Of a DNA stretch of 64,000 nucleotides, positions 19,813-29,000 are shown in pieces (the first letter of the stretch is position 1; the number at the start of each line of letters is the position of its first letter). The position numbers and the translations under genes were made by a program. This DNA comes from an uncultured virus (IMG/VR IMGVR_UViG_3300027747_004168) (taxonomy: Duplodnaviria > Heunggongvirae > Uroviricota > Caudoviricetes). The notes under the pieces are model-generated. The model had not been told where the DNA came from. It did no database searches and saw nothing but the letters and a program-made list of their open reading frames with translations. The stretch lies in the IMG/VR virus record IMGVR_UViG_3300027747_004168, one strand, 5' to 3'.

Positions 19813-20454
19813 ATGATCAAGGTATTCAAGCAACTACTCCCAAAGGACAGGCACTACCACCTCGCCGTCAGCATGGGATCCGACAGCGTCGCGGCCCTGT
19901 TCTGGATGCGCTGGAAGGGGTACAGCTTCACCCCCCTCCACTTCAACCACAACCTACGGGCCCAGAACGGCGTCATGCACGAGAGGTTCCTCGCGCTGTG
20001 CGACAAGCTCAACCTGGAGGGCAGGAGCGACGTCTGGGACAGGTACAAGGGGACGGAGGCCGAGTGTCGCGAGGCCAGGCTCGGGTTCTACTCGAGGGTC
20101 GCCAAGGGCGGCACAATCGTCACGGCCCACCACCTCAACGACTGGGTCGAGAGCTACCTGCTCAACTGCCTGCGCGGCCACCCCGGAAGACGACCGTTCG
20201 AGCTCGAGAGCAAGTTCCCCGACTTCACCGTCGTACACCCCTTCCTCCTCTCAAGAAAACAGGACTTCAGGGAGTTCCTCGAGAGGAACGGGTGGACGGA
20301 GTGGGTCGTGGAGGACGAGTCCAACAGAGTCACACAGGGTTCAAGGCGCAACTGGATCCGTAGATCCATAATCCCTGAGATGGATCGGCAGAGGCTCTCC
20401 CTCGAGAAGTTCGCCGCGAGGAGGATCAGGAAGATGGCGGAGAGCGTGGTTTAG
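19813..20454 (+). CDS. tilS: tRNA(Ile)-lysidine synthase, catalytic domain only
   Basis: PP-loop AVSMGSDS, HFNHNLR, REAR..FY, TAHHLND..E..LLN..RG, EDESN, RRNWIRR. Confidence 0.85.
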   Translation: MIKVFKQLLPKDRHYHLAVSMGSDSVAALFWMRWKGYSFTPLHFNHNLRAQNGVMHERFLALCDKLNLEGRSDVWDRYKGTEAECREARLGFYSRVAKGGTIVTAHHLNDWVESYLLNCLRGHPGRRPFELESKFPDFTVVHPFLLSRKQDFREFLERNGWTEWVVEDESNRVTQGSRRNWIRRSIIPEMDRQRLSLEKFAARRIRKMAESVV

Positions 20455-20455
20455 A

Positions 20456-20484
20456 TTGACGTGGCGTCGCGGACGGGTTAGTAT
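20456..20484 (+). promoter_or_regulatory. sigma70-like promoter
   Basis: TTGACG-N17-TAGTAT upstream of a small gene and the tRNA cluster. Confidence 0.55.
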
Positions 20485-20526
20485 CGGGTTCCAGTTCAAG
20501 ATAAACCACAACCCGGAAAGAGAAAG

Positions 20527-20703
20527 ATGAACGAGAAGACCCTCGGAACCGTCTGCTTCTACGCAGGCTTCGTCAGCATCGCGGCCAGCATCGCCATCTG
20601 GTTCCAGTTCAAGGAGCACGACGCGGCACACGGCGAGCGGTTCGGCATCTTCGTGGGGCTGTGGGCGCCTACCTTCTTCGCGCTGGCGAACCGGTGGAGG
20701 TGA
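20527..20703 (+). CDS. small 2-TM membrane protein
   Basis: SIAASIAIW...GIFVGLWAPTFFAL. Confidence 0.7.
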   Translation: MNEKTLGTVCFYAGFVSIAASIAIWFQFKEHDAAHGERFGIFVGLWAPTFFALANRWR

Positions 20704-20726
20704 GAAAAGAAGAGCAACTGAAAAAT

Positions 20727-21032
20727 GCGACATTAGCACAGCGGTGAGTGCAAGGAACTGAGCTACTGTCAAAAGACAGTGAATTGGGTCGGCCATCTGG
20801 AAACGGGTGGTTAGTCAGGTGTAAATTCGGTGAACGGCCTGCCCGCAAGGGCGACCCAACGCCGAGCGAAGCCCGCAAGGGAACGTGTAGAGGCCATAAT
20901 CACCTACCTAAAGTTGGAGACAACCAAGGTAAAGGCATGGTCCGGATCACGAACAGAAGGCAACTTCTGGCGGCGAAAGCCGAAGTGATGAGCATAATTC
21001 CGAGGTCCCAGGTTCGAATCCTGGATGTCGCA
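20727..21032 (+). tRNA. tRNA(CAU), Ile2 or elongator Met, with a group I intron
   Basis: Exons 20727-20759 and 20993-21032; acceptor GCGACAT/ATGTCGC; loop CT^CATAA; T arm CCAGG-TTCGAAT-CCTGG. Confidence 0.85.
20760..20992 (+). ncRNA. group I intron (233 nt)
   Basis: After U33, ends in G; P AAATTCGGTGAA, Q AACGCCGAGCGAAG, R GTGTAGAGGCC, S AAGGCATGGTCC. Confidence 0.85.
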
Positions 21033-21141
21033 TTTTTCAGTTGCTCTTCCTACAATATCTCTGCGGCACCAGTGGGATCGCGGGTAATCCCTTCACCGCT
21101 TCCGTAGACTTGTGGTTTGTGTAAGACTGAAACCACATCTT

Positions 21142-21216
21142 GGCCCCATCGTCTAGCCCGGCCCAGGACGCCACCCTCTCACGGTGGAGACTCCGGTTTA
21201 AATCCGGATGGGGTCA
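21142..21216 (+). tRNA. tRNA-Glu(CUC)
   Basis: CCACC-CTCTCAC-GGTGG anticodon arm; atypical T loop TTTAAAT. Confidence 0.85.
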
Positions 21217-21288
21217 TTTCTTTCCCGCTCGGGAAAGTTCGGGAACAGACTCCTCTAAACCGTGTCTTTCTTAAACAAAGGGGTTCCG

Positions 21289-21459
21289 ATGTACATTTCC
21301 CAGGATGATTTGAGCGAGCTGAAGCGTCTGGCCGCCAACACGTACGAGCAGGAGAAGAGCGAGCAGATCCACAGGATCATCAGGGGCATCAACAGGCTTG
21401 AGAGCGCGGTTGCCTCTCTCACCGCCGAGAACGCCAAGCTCAAGAAGGCGGCTGGGTGA
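21289..21459 (+). CDS. small coiled-coil protein
   Basis: ORF coupled to the next gene. Confidence 0.55.
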   Translation: MYISQDDLSELKRLAANTYEQEKSEQIHRIIRGINRLESAVASLTAENAKLKKAAG

Positions 21460-21695
21460 TGGACGACGATCTCGGCCTCGAGAGCGTCTCCTTCCCCTAC
21501 GACAGCTACCTGACCGTGCTGGGCCTCCTGAAGACGCACTACGGGGCGGAGCACGGCGAGGAGATCTACGAGCTCCTGAGGATGTCCGCACAAAATGCCG
21601 CCGACGAGACGGGCTTGCCCTGCTCTCCCGGCATAATCTTCGACGACGACGGCGGTGAGTTCGTGGGTCTCGAGCGACCCGACCCCATCCTCTAA
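21456..21695 (+). CDS. acidic hypothetical
   Basis: Stop supplied by the TAA of the motif. Confidence 0.6.
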   Translation: MMDDDLGLESVSFPYDSYLTVLGLLKTHYGAEHGEEIYELLRMSAQNAADETGLPCSPGIIFDDDGGEFVGLERPDPIL

Positions 21696-21738
21696 GAAAC
21701 CCGCCCTCCCTGGAACATAGTCCAGAAGGAGGTGCGAG

Positions 21739-22008
21739 ATGCAGAGATCAGCCTACTACAGCGAGGGCTCCAAGTCCTGGGTTCGCATGGAACGCCAGGA
21801 GGACGGCGAGTGGTGCCACACCAGCGGCTACGGCTCCGAGCGGGCCGCGCTCGCATGTGAGTTCGAGGGCTTCACGGACAGGTCGGCCGCGAAGAAGCCC
21901 CTGTTCGGCGAGTCCGGTCTTCCGAGCTTCTTGGAGTACGCAGATCAGGAGGGTCACGGCGAGTTCCCCGAGACTTCCTCGAAGAAACCCCGCCGGAAGG
22001 GAAAGTAG
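21739..22008 (+). CDS. hypothetical
   Basis: Motif promoter and AGGAGG. Confidence 0.65.
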   Translation: MQRSAYYSEGSKSWVRMERQEDGEWCHTSGYGSERAALACEFEGFTDRSAAKKPLFGESGLPSFLEYADQEGHGEFPETSSKKPRRKGK

Positions 22009-22011
22009 GTC

Positions 22012-22356
22012 ATGGAAGACTTGGTTGCCAGGAACGTGTTCGGAGAGCTGACCCTGGGCGACGTGTGGGACGCGATCGACTGCGTGTGCGAGATCGAGGT
22101 TCACATCCCGCACTTGACGACCACGCTTTTCCGTTACTGGGACGATTCAGACTCGCGGCTGCGGCTCTACCACTATCCCGAAGACGAGGGAACGGACCAG
22201 AGCCCGCACCACGTCTTCAGGATGGGATCGAAGGTGAAGGTGTCCGGCGACCAGGTGATTTTCGACTGTGCGGAAGAGAAGGTTTACCTGACCTTCCGCA
22301 AGTCCGTCCCGGTCGACCTCTCCCGCTTCCTGCCTTCCTCGAAGAAACCCGGGTAG
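22012..22356 (+). CDS. hypothetical; paralog of 38525..38878
   Basis: VFGELTLGD vs VLGGLTLRD; KVKVSG vs PVKVRD. Confidence 0.65.
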   Translation: MEDLVARNVFGELTLGDVWDAIDCVCEIEVHIPHLTTTLFRYWDDSDSRLRLYHYPEDEGTDQSPHHVFRMGSKVKVSGDQVIFDCAEEKVYLTFRKSVPVDLSRFLPSSKKPG

Positions 22357-22371
22357 ACTGGATCGGCAACC

Positions 22372-22884
22372 ATGGAACTCTTCGTGAAGGACATGGATAT
22401 GGGCAGGTTCGTCCGCAAGTTCCCCGAGTGGGGGCGTGTGGTGGAGTCCATGCGTGCCATGCTCCCGGACGGACACACGAACTACATGGTCGATCTCGTG
22501 GTGATGGACTGCGAGCCGGGCATGAAGACCTGCCGTGACACGCGCTGGCACTTCGACGGCGACTACAACGGGGACAACAGGTACGCCCTCTGGGTGGACG
22601 GCCCCAATCGGACGCAGTTCCTCGCCGAACCCGTGGAGATCCCCGAGCCTCCCGAGGGCAGGGAGGAGCAGAACCGTTTTCTCGAGGAACTGCTCGCGGG
22701 CAGGCTTGCTCGAACAATCCCCGAGCGGGAGGCACTGGCCTACGACTCGAGGACTCCCCACCGTGGGGTCGTGTGCGACGCCCCAGGCCGGAGGCGCTTC
22801 CTCCGACTGATGGCTACCAACTACATTGTCCCGAAGAACATCCTGAGGAGAGGCAAAGATGTCCCGTTTCGACCTGCTGTATGA
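22372..22884 (+). CDS. 2OG-Fe(II) oxygenase-like protein
   Basis: WHFDG (HxD), DSRTPHRG, RRFLRL. Confidence 0.6.
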   Translation: MELFVKDMDMGRFVRKFPEWGRVVESMRAMLPDGHTNYMVDLVVMDCEPGMKTCRDTRWHFDGDYNGDNRYALWVDGPNRTQFLAEPVEIPEPPEGREEQNRFLEELLAGRLARTIPEREALAYDSRTPHRGVVCDAPGRRRFLRLMATNYIVPKNILRRGKDVPFRPAV

Positions 22885-23539
22885 CACGAAGCACGCCCTC
22901 AATCGTGCCGTTGACCTCGACGACCTCGTGGCGGCCCTGTTCGCCGACCACCCCGACCTGCAATCGTTCAGCGTCGAGGTGACGAACGAGTACGACGACA
23001 ACAACTACTCGGACTACAGCCGGGTCACTCGGGTCAACGGGTACAGCGTGGACTACGACGGCGAGTACGAAGACGAGCTCGCCGAACCCGACGAGAGCGA
23101 GCATCCCAAGGCCAGCGCGGCCGCCATCAACAACATCATGTCGATCACGGGGTACGTGCAGGAGAAGCACAGCTACGGGGAACACAACTTCGAGCGTTCC
23201 GTCTACGGGGGCCGTGGCCGTAAGTCCGTGGGTCAACCCGACGCGATCTGCGCCCTGGCCCTTCTCAACGGCGATAGGGTGTCCGTGGACGTTCTCATCG
23301 AGGCCGGCGACCGGTGGGCCCTGCATCACGCGGACGCCCACGGCAGGTACGACGAGGCGGACGAGTTCGCCCTGTTCGCCCGCGAGGACGCGATGGGTCT
23401 GGCCCTGGAGTACGCCAAGAAGTTCGGCCCCCTCTCGGACAAGACGCTAAACTACTTCGTCCTGTCCCTCGGGGCCGACGACTACGGGTACGAGCATCTC
23501 CAGGAGTACCTGGAGTGGGCGAAGGAGAAGGCGGCGTGA
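22859..23539 (+). CDS. hypothetical; C-terminus resembles family B
   Basis: ALEYAKKFGPL...EYLEW. Confidence 0.7.
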   Translation: MSRFDLLYDTKHALNRAVDLDDLVAALFADHPDLQSFSVEVTNEYDDNNYSDYSRVTRVNGYSVDYDGEYEDELAEPDESEHPKASAAAINNIMSITGYVQEKHSYGEHNFERSVYGGRGRKSVGQPDAICALALLNGDRVSVDVLIEAGDRWALHHADAHGRYDEADEFALFAREDAMGLALEYAKKFGPLSDKTLNYFVLSLGADDYGYEHLQEYLEWAKEKAA

Positions 23540-23847
23540 GGAACCTCGACTTCTACGCGGAGATAATGGGGGCCCTCGCCCAGCCGTACTACTTCAGCAT
23601 GGCTCTCTTCTCGGACATGCACGACTTGAAGGCGTGGATCATCCAGGGAGTAAACCCGGAGGAGACATACCGCCTGCTCTGCCACTGCGCCGTCAGGATC
23701 GCCAAGTTCACCAGGTCGAGGCTCCCGGACGCCCTGCACAACAGGATGGTCGTCGGCGAGCAGAACCACTACACCAAGGAATACGCCAGGCTGTTGAAGG
23801 GCTGGGATACTCGAAAAAAGTCCGAAGCCGTGGAGGTGGCGACATGA
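23536..23847 (+). CDS. paralog family B
   Basis: RSRLPDALHNRMVVG. Confidence 0.65.
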   Translation: MRNLDFYAEIMGALAQPYYFSMALFSDMHDLKAWIIQGVNPEETYRLLCHCAVRIAKFTRSRLPDALHNRMVVGEQNHYTKEYARLLKGWDTRKKSEAVEVAT

Positions 23848-24034
23848 AGTACACAGTCGAGGTCGTCCGAAGGGACGGAGCCGACGCCCCAGTTGAGTGC
23901 AGGTCGCTGTCCTCCGCGGGGACGAAGGCCCTGAACCTGCTGAACACGAACAGGGGCAGGGAGGGTTTCGTGTGCGTCCGCGTCGTCGGCGAGGGCGGCT
24001 CCGAGGTCGCTCGCCTGGTGTGCGAGGAGGCGAA

Positions 24035-24460
24035 ATGAGCGTCGAGTTCGATCGTCCGACCATCACGAGGCGTCAGTTCCGGCTGTCGTCCGACATCCCG
24101 AACCCCAAGCACGACCGCAGGTGCAAGCGCGGCGTCCGCTCGCACCAGGTGTTCAAGAAGGGCTCCGTCGTCGACGTCGAGGACTGGACGCAGAACGTCG
24201 TGAAGGACGGGGTCTCGACGGCGCACATCCACCATGTCTACCAGATCAGGTACGAGTCCGTACCGGCGGAGATCGAGGGGCTGTTCAGGGAGCAGGATCC
24301 CGGCACCGACATCGTCCCGGAGACGCTCGATGAGGCGGTCAGGACGCGCAGCTGCAGCGTCGAGACATTCTGCGAGTACGTGGTCCGAGAGATGATCAAG
24401 GACGGCAGCCTCTCCGTCCCCAGGGCCATCGAGCTGTACGACAGGGCCGAGTACCCCTAA
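24035..24460 (+). CDS. hypothetical
   Basis: GGAGG RBS. Confidence 0.65.
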   Translation: MSVEFDRPTITRRQFRLSSDIPNPKHDRRCKRGVRSHQVFKKGSVVDVEDWTQNVVKDGVSTAHIHHVYQIRYESVPAEIEGLFREQDPGTDIVPETLDEAVRTRSCSVETFCEYVVREMIKDGSLSVPRAIELYDRAEYP

Positions 24461-24489
24461 GAAATCCCCCTCCACGAGGATTCGAATCC

Positions 24490-24792
24490 ATGAGCGACCA
24501 CATCCGGGAATTCGCGGAGTCCCTCCGCGGGCAGATCGAGAACACGGAGGAGACCTCCTCCACCACGGACCTCCACCTCACGAGGCAGGAGTTCATGGAC
24601 AGGATGCTCCTCGAGAAGGACGGGCAGGCGCTGCTCGACCTGATGGAGGACGGTGAGTGGCGGGTCTGCGAGCGGCTCGGCCTCACAAGGGCCTACTACG
24701 ACGGCGTCGCCTACATCGATGTCCCCCGCTGGAACAACCTGCTCGCACATCTCAGGATCGTCCATTCCGTCTTCTCCGGGGAGGGAGAATGA
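24490..24792 (+). CDS. hypothetical
   Basis: Motif promoter at 24453. Confidence 0.65.
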   Translation: MSDHIREFAESLRGQIENTEETSSTTDLHLTRQEFMDRMLLEKDGQALLDLMEDGEWRVCERLGLTRAYYDGVAYIDVPRWNNLLAHLRIVHSVFSGEGE

Positions 24793-25008
24793 ACCCCATC
24801 GACGCACTGGAACACCCCGACACTGTCTGCGAGAGCGAGTACAGGGCGATCTACGAGTGCCTCGGCGACGCACTCGCCGACACCCCCGAACCCGAGAGGA
24901 AGACCATGGCCATGGGCATGCTCCGCGAGTTCGAGGAGTGGGCAAAGGCCCTGCGCAGGCGGATCAGGCAGATCCCCTAAGAAACCCTCCGGGCGAGGAA
25001 CATCAGCC

Positions 25009-25494
25009 ATGAAGAAGGAAGACTGCCAGGTAGGGATGGTCGTGAAGTTCGGAGCCGACAGGTTCGGCCTCGAGAGCATGCCCAGGGGCGTGGTAATCAA
25101 GGTCAACCCCAAGCGGGCGCAGGTGAAGTCCCTCGACCAGGCCGGGAAATGGCCCGCCGGTGCCGTGTGGCGGTGTCCCTACGGCGGACTCGTCCCCGTC
25201 GTTGGAGGCCACGAGGTTTCCAACGAAATGACCATGAGGAGCTTCGAGAAGCCCGACGATCCAGCGGTGAAGGCGTGGTCGGCACGACAGAAGGCCATGG
25301 AGGCGAAGCCGAAGAGCCTCCAGCCCGAGGACAAGCACATCATGCACGCCATCCACGAGATCTACCAGAGGCTCGACGAGGTCTCGACCAAGGAGAGGAA
25401 CGCCCTCTCCAACAAGATCAACCTGCTCTTCCGGTTCATCGGCAGGGAGGTCTCGGAGGCCGAGGTCGAGTCCTGGATCCTCGAAAGAACCTAG
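25009..25494 (+). CDS. SH3-like beta-barrel protein; paralog of 26438..26965
   Basis: CQVGMVVKFG..GVVIKVNPKRAQVK. Confidence 0.7.
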   Translation: MKKEDCQVGMVVKFGADRFGLESMPRGVVIKVNPKRAQVKSLDQAGKWPAGAVWRCPYGGLVPVVGGHEVSNEMTMRSFEKPDDPAVKAWSARQKAMEAKPKSLQPEDKHIMHAIHEIYQRLDEVSTKERNALSNKINLLFRFIGREVSEAEVESWILERT

Positions 25495-25513
25495 GCCAGG
25501 AGGAGCGCTTGCC

Positions 25514-25804
25514 ATGGACATCGAGAAGCTCGAGGCCCTGTTCTCGCAGAAGTACGCCCTCCTCAAGGTGGACGGCAACCCCGACGCCACCTACGAGAAC
25601 TGGGTTTCGTACTGCGACAAGCACAAGATCTTCCTGCTCCACCCCGACTGGCTCGTAGAGTCGATCAACGAGGGCCGTACGAAGGGCATGGTCTGCGTCT
25701 ACACGCCCGAGAACGAGGGCGATATGCCGGGACACCCCTCCCCATGGCTCCTCGTACCCCGAAAACTTGCGGAGAGGGCCCTGATCCTGGGATACCTGCC
25801 ATGA
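25514..25804 (+). CDS. paralog family A
   Basis: WLLVPRKLAERALILGYLP. Confidence 0.75.
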   Translation: MDIEKLEALFSQKYALLKVDGNPDATYENWVSYCDKHKIFLLHPDWLVESINEGRTKGMVCVYTPENEGDMPGHPSPWLLVPRKLAERALILGYLP

Positions 25805-26370
25805 AGACCAAGAAGGCCGTCAAACATACGCTCATCAAGGAAATCCTCCTCGGCAGGACCGTGGAGGAGGTCTGCAACGAACTGCGCGAGAAGTACGATT
25901 TCAGGGGTCCGGCGGCCGATAAACTCGAGGAAATAGTCCGGGCACTCGTCAAGGCGAACAAGCCTAACGTGGTCTTCTACGCAGAAGAGAGGGACTGGAG
26001 TTCTGTCTATCCGATCAACCTGGAAGATTGGGAAATCGACCTCGACTACTGGGACCACGAAGACGGGTACTGGCTCGAGGACGAGGCCATTCACGACTGC
26101 GAAGCGCTCAACGAGATAGTCGCTGATCTTTTCGGAGAGAGAGATCCCTACAAGGTCACGAAGGACCAAGAGTTCCTCCTCACCAAGAAGGGATTCGCCT
26201 GCCCCTGCTGCGGCGGACAGGGAATCCACCTGTCGCAGGTCACCCACTGGCAACCGATGCCCGGCTCCAAGAACCGCGACCGAGGGTCGATCATCCACGA
26301 AATTGGCTGCAAGAAATGCGGGTACACATGGCAAAACATCTACAAGGTGACGCTGGACGAGGTCGATTGA
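25801..26370 (+). CDS. hypothetical with zinc ribbon
   Basis: CPCCGG...CKKCGYTW. Confidence 0.7.
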   Translation: MKTKKAVKHTLIKEILLGRTVEEVCNELREKYDFRGPAADKLEEIVRALVKANKPNVVFYAEERDWSSVYPINLEDWEIDLDYWDHEDGYWLEDEAIHDCEALNEIVADLFGERDPYKVTKDQEFLLTKKGFACPCCGGQGIHLSQVTHWQPMPGSKNRDRGSIIHEIGCKKCGYTWQNIYKVTLDEVD

Positions 26371-26437
26371 CGATCCTCGAAGAAACCCCGACCGCCGGGA
26401 AAGCAGGTCGTCACCCAACCCCCCAAGGAACCATCAA

Positions 26438-26965
26438 ATGCTCCGCGAACACTGCAAGGTCGGCATGAAGGTCATGTTCGGTCGTCAGAACGGCGAGAAG
26501 ACCCTCGGCGAGGTCGTCAAGGTCAACCCCAGCAAGGCCAAGGTTAAGACCCTGGCATCCCGCGGGAACGGCCGAGGCTCCGAAGTCGGCGCGGTCTGGA
26601 CCGTCCCCTACAGCCTCATGGAGCCCGCAGGCGTGGCGTTCATCGACGCCGTCAACGCCCTCCCGCCTCCCTCCTTGGCTGGCCTGATGGTCAAGGGGTC
26701 CGAAGACCTGCCCATGCCCTACAACGAGTTCATGCCCCACGGCGACCGCTGCATCATGGAGGCCATCGTGGACACCTACAACAGGCTCAGCCCCGAATGG
26801 CTGACCTGCGACGGTGAGCTCCCCCGCGGCCAGGTCATGGCAAAGAAGGGCCAACTTGAGCGTCGGCTCAAGGCCCTCTTCCAGGCCCTCGGCCGGCCCG
26901 TGAGCGAGTCAGTCGCCTACCAGTGGGACGACGAGCGTAGCAAGGCCGTGAAGGACGCCGTCTAG
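26438..26965 (+). CDS. SH3-like protein; paralog of 25009..25494
   Basis: CKVGMKVMFG..GEVVKVNPSKAKVK; LSPEWLTCDGE. Confidence 0.75.
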   Translation: MLREHCKVGMKVMFGRQNGEKTLGEVVKVNPSKAKVKTLASRGNGRGSEVGAVWTVPYSLMEPAGVAFIDAVNALPPPSLAGLMVKGSEDLPMPYNEFMPHGDRCIMEAIVDTYNRLSPEWLTCDGELPRGQVMAKKGQLERRLKALFQALGRPVSESVAYQWDDERSKAVKDAV

Positions 26966-27674
26966 GTAAAAGGTCTTCATCTACCCTACAATAGGGAATG
27001 AAGACCACCCTGGACTTCGCATCCTACATCCAGCTGGCTTGCCAGTACGCGTACATGGAGTACGACTTCGGCGTGGACTCCGAGTACGCCCTCTTCCAGC
27101 TCGACGAATGGACGCTTGAAATGCTCGGTTTGTGCTGGGTCAGCAGGGTGAGCGTCCCCGACGCGGCCAACCTGGTAGCTCACAGGGTGAAGGGCGGCGA
27201 ATGATGTACGCGTTATACCTGGCGGCCGTGTTCGTATTGGCCGCATACATCGTCCACTTCATACCCAGCCGTTACGACCGCTGATCCTCGAAGGAACTTT
27301 TTCCAAAAGGAACATGGCGTGCAGCCTACATAAAGGAATCATTTGGGAGGGGTGCATGAGCCTCCTGGGCATTCTCAATTCGTTTCTGTTGCCGTCCAAG
27401 CCCGAAACCAAGAGTTCGGCAAGGCCGAAACCCAACCTCACCACACAAGAGGCCGCGGACGCCGCCCTCAAAGCCCTGTTCTCCAAGCACAGAAGAAGAA
27501 GACGATGATCGACAGACACCTCGAGTACCTGCTCCTCCGCCAGCGTGGAAACAACCGCAGTCTGGCCAAGGAGGTCCTTGAGAAGCTATCCTCGGAGGGC
27601 AAGGAGAGGCTCTTCCGCATCCTCCAGGACAACGAGAACGAGAAGTCCCACCTGGAGAGGAAGGCACGGACGCC

Positions 27675-27983
27675 ATGGATGAATTTGCGCTGATGCAGAA
27701 GTTCAGGGAGATCTTCCACAGGGACTCCGACTGGAGCAGGTCTCACAAACTGGCCCGCCGCGCTGGGATAATGGTCTTCCTCCACCCCAAGAAGGAATAC
27801 GACTGGGTCACCGGCGTGCGGTGGGATCCCGAGCTGTTCGTCCGGCAGCCCGGGGCGGAAATCTCTTTCGAGAGCAACAACCCCATGGCGTGGCGCAGGG
27901 ACTTCGTGGAGAAGGTCGTAGCACTGGGCTTCGTTCCCGACCTCGAGAGCCTCCCGGCCGCCAGCCATTCGGACATCCCCTAA
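27675..27983 (+). CDS. paralog family A
   Basis: WRRDFVEKVVALGFVP. Confidence 0.65.
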   Translation: MDEFALMQKFREIFHRDSDWSRSHKLARRAGIMVFLHPKKEYDWVTGVRWDPELFVRQPGAEISFESNNPMAWRRDFVEKVVALGFVPDLESLPAASHSDIP

Positions 27984-28011
27984 GGAACCCGCCCGCGAGG
28001 GAGCGGTATCC

Positions 28012-28335
28012 ATGAGCACCAGGTGGCTAGTCGTGTTCGGTTCCGAGGGCTGGGAGATGCTCGTCCCCTGCGACGAGATCATGAACCGCGACCTCCTCCA
28101 GTTCGGCGAGGGGAGGAAGTTCGAGATGGACCGCCACTTGACCATAGCCCTGCACAAGGCCCGCAACAACGCCGGGCGGCGGCCGGAGGTGTGGGTTTAC
28201 GACACGGAGCGGGACTTCTCCGAGGCGGAGATGCGTTCCATGTGGGACGAAGGCCCCCAGGGCATGGCCGACCTCGTCCGCGATAAGGGCACGCTGGTGT
28301 TCCGCGAACCCCGCGGAAGATCAGTGATCAACTGA
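28012..28335 (+). CDS. hypothetical phage protein
   Basis: Motif promoter; PQGMADLVRDKG. Confidence 0.7.
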   Translation: MSTRWLVVFGSEGWEMLVPCDEIMNRDLLQFGEGRKFEMDRHLTIALHKARNNAGRRPEVWVYDTERDFSEAEMRSMWDEGPQGMADLVRDKGTLVFREPRGRSVIN

Positions 28336-28387
28336 CCCTCTAAGAAACCCCGTTCCCCTGGAACACACATCGAAAGGAGGACTTCCC

Positions 28388-28627
28388 TTGAAGAAGCCCA
28401 AGACGGTTACGATGACGGTTCGCGAGTTCGCCTCCAGCCTCGGCCTCAAGAGGACGGGCCTGGACTACCTCGGCAGCACGGTGCTGATGCGCCTGCTGTG
28501 CAAGAAGAAGATCGCACGCAAGGTGGGCCGCATGGCCGTTACGAGGATGGGCCGCCCGAGCGACCTGTTCGAGGTCCCGGTCGAGTTCACCCTCAAGAAC
28601 CGCCGCCGCAAGAGCACGGCGGCCTGA
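28388..28627 (+). CDS. putative winged-helix protein
   Basis: TVREFA...GRPSDLFEVP; AAGGAGG RBS. Confidence 0.65.
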   Translation: MKKPKTVTMTVREFASSLGLKRTGLDYLGSTVLMRLLCKKKIARKVGRMAVTRMGRPSDLFEVPVEFTLKNRRRKSTAA

Positions 28628-28699
28628 CGAAACGGTGGTTGGTAGGCCGGGCGGGAGAAAGTTCCACTCCCGCCCGGCACCCTTCCCAGGAGAACCCCC

Positions 28700-28981
28700 A
28701 TGGACGCCGAGAAAAGGTTCAAGATCAAGCAGTTCCTCAAGGGCAACCTCGATGTCCTGCAGGGCGAAGCACTCGCCGAGTTCATGGAGAAGTACGACAT
28801 CGCGGAGGTCAACAGCGTCCAGATGATGCTCCTCGACCACAGCGGAGTCGGAGACTTCATTGCCATGGGAAACCCGCACAAGCCCGGCCACTACTTCTTC
28901 GCGACCGAGGACACCCTCGAGAAGATACTCCTCCTCGCCCCGCTCGACCCCGAGACCGAGAACATCCTCGAAGGAAACTGA
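28700..28981 (+). CDS. paralog family A (divergent)
   Basis: FATEDTLEKILLLAPL. Confidence 0.6.
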   Translation: MDAEKRFKIKQFLKGNLDVLQGEALAEFMEKYDIAEVNSVQMMLLDHSGVGDFIAMGNPHKPGHYFFATEDTLEKILLLAPLDPETENILEGN

Positions 28982-29000
28982 ACCGCAGGGAACGGAGTCC

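Noticed and set aside
20748..21107. Intron-encoded homing endonuclease
   Set aside because: The ORF crosses the exon boundaries and has no LAGLIDADG, HNH or GIY-YIG motif; both introns are too short
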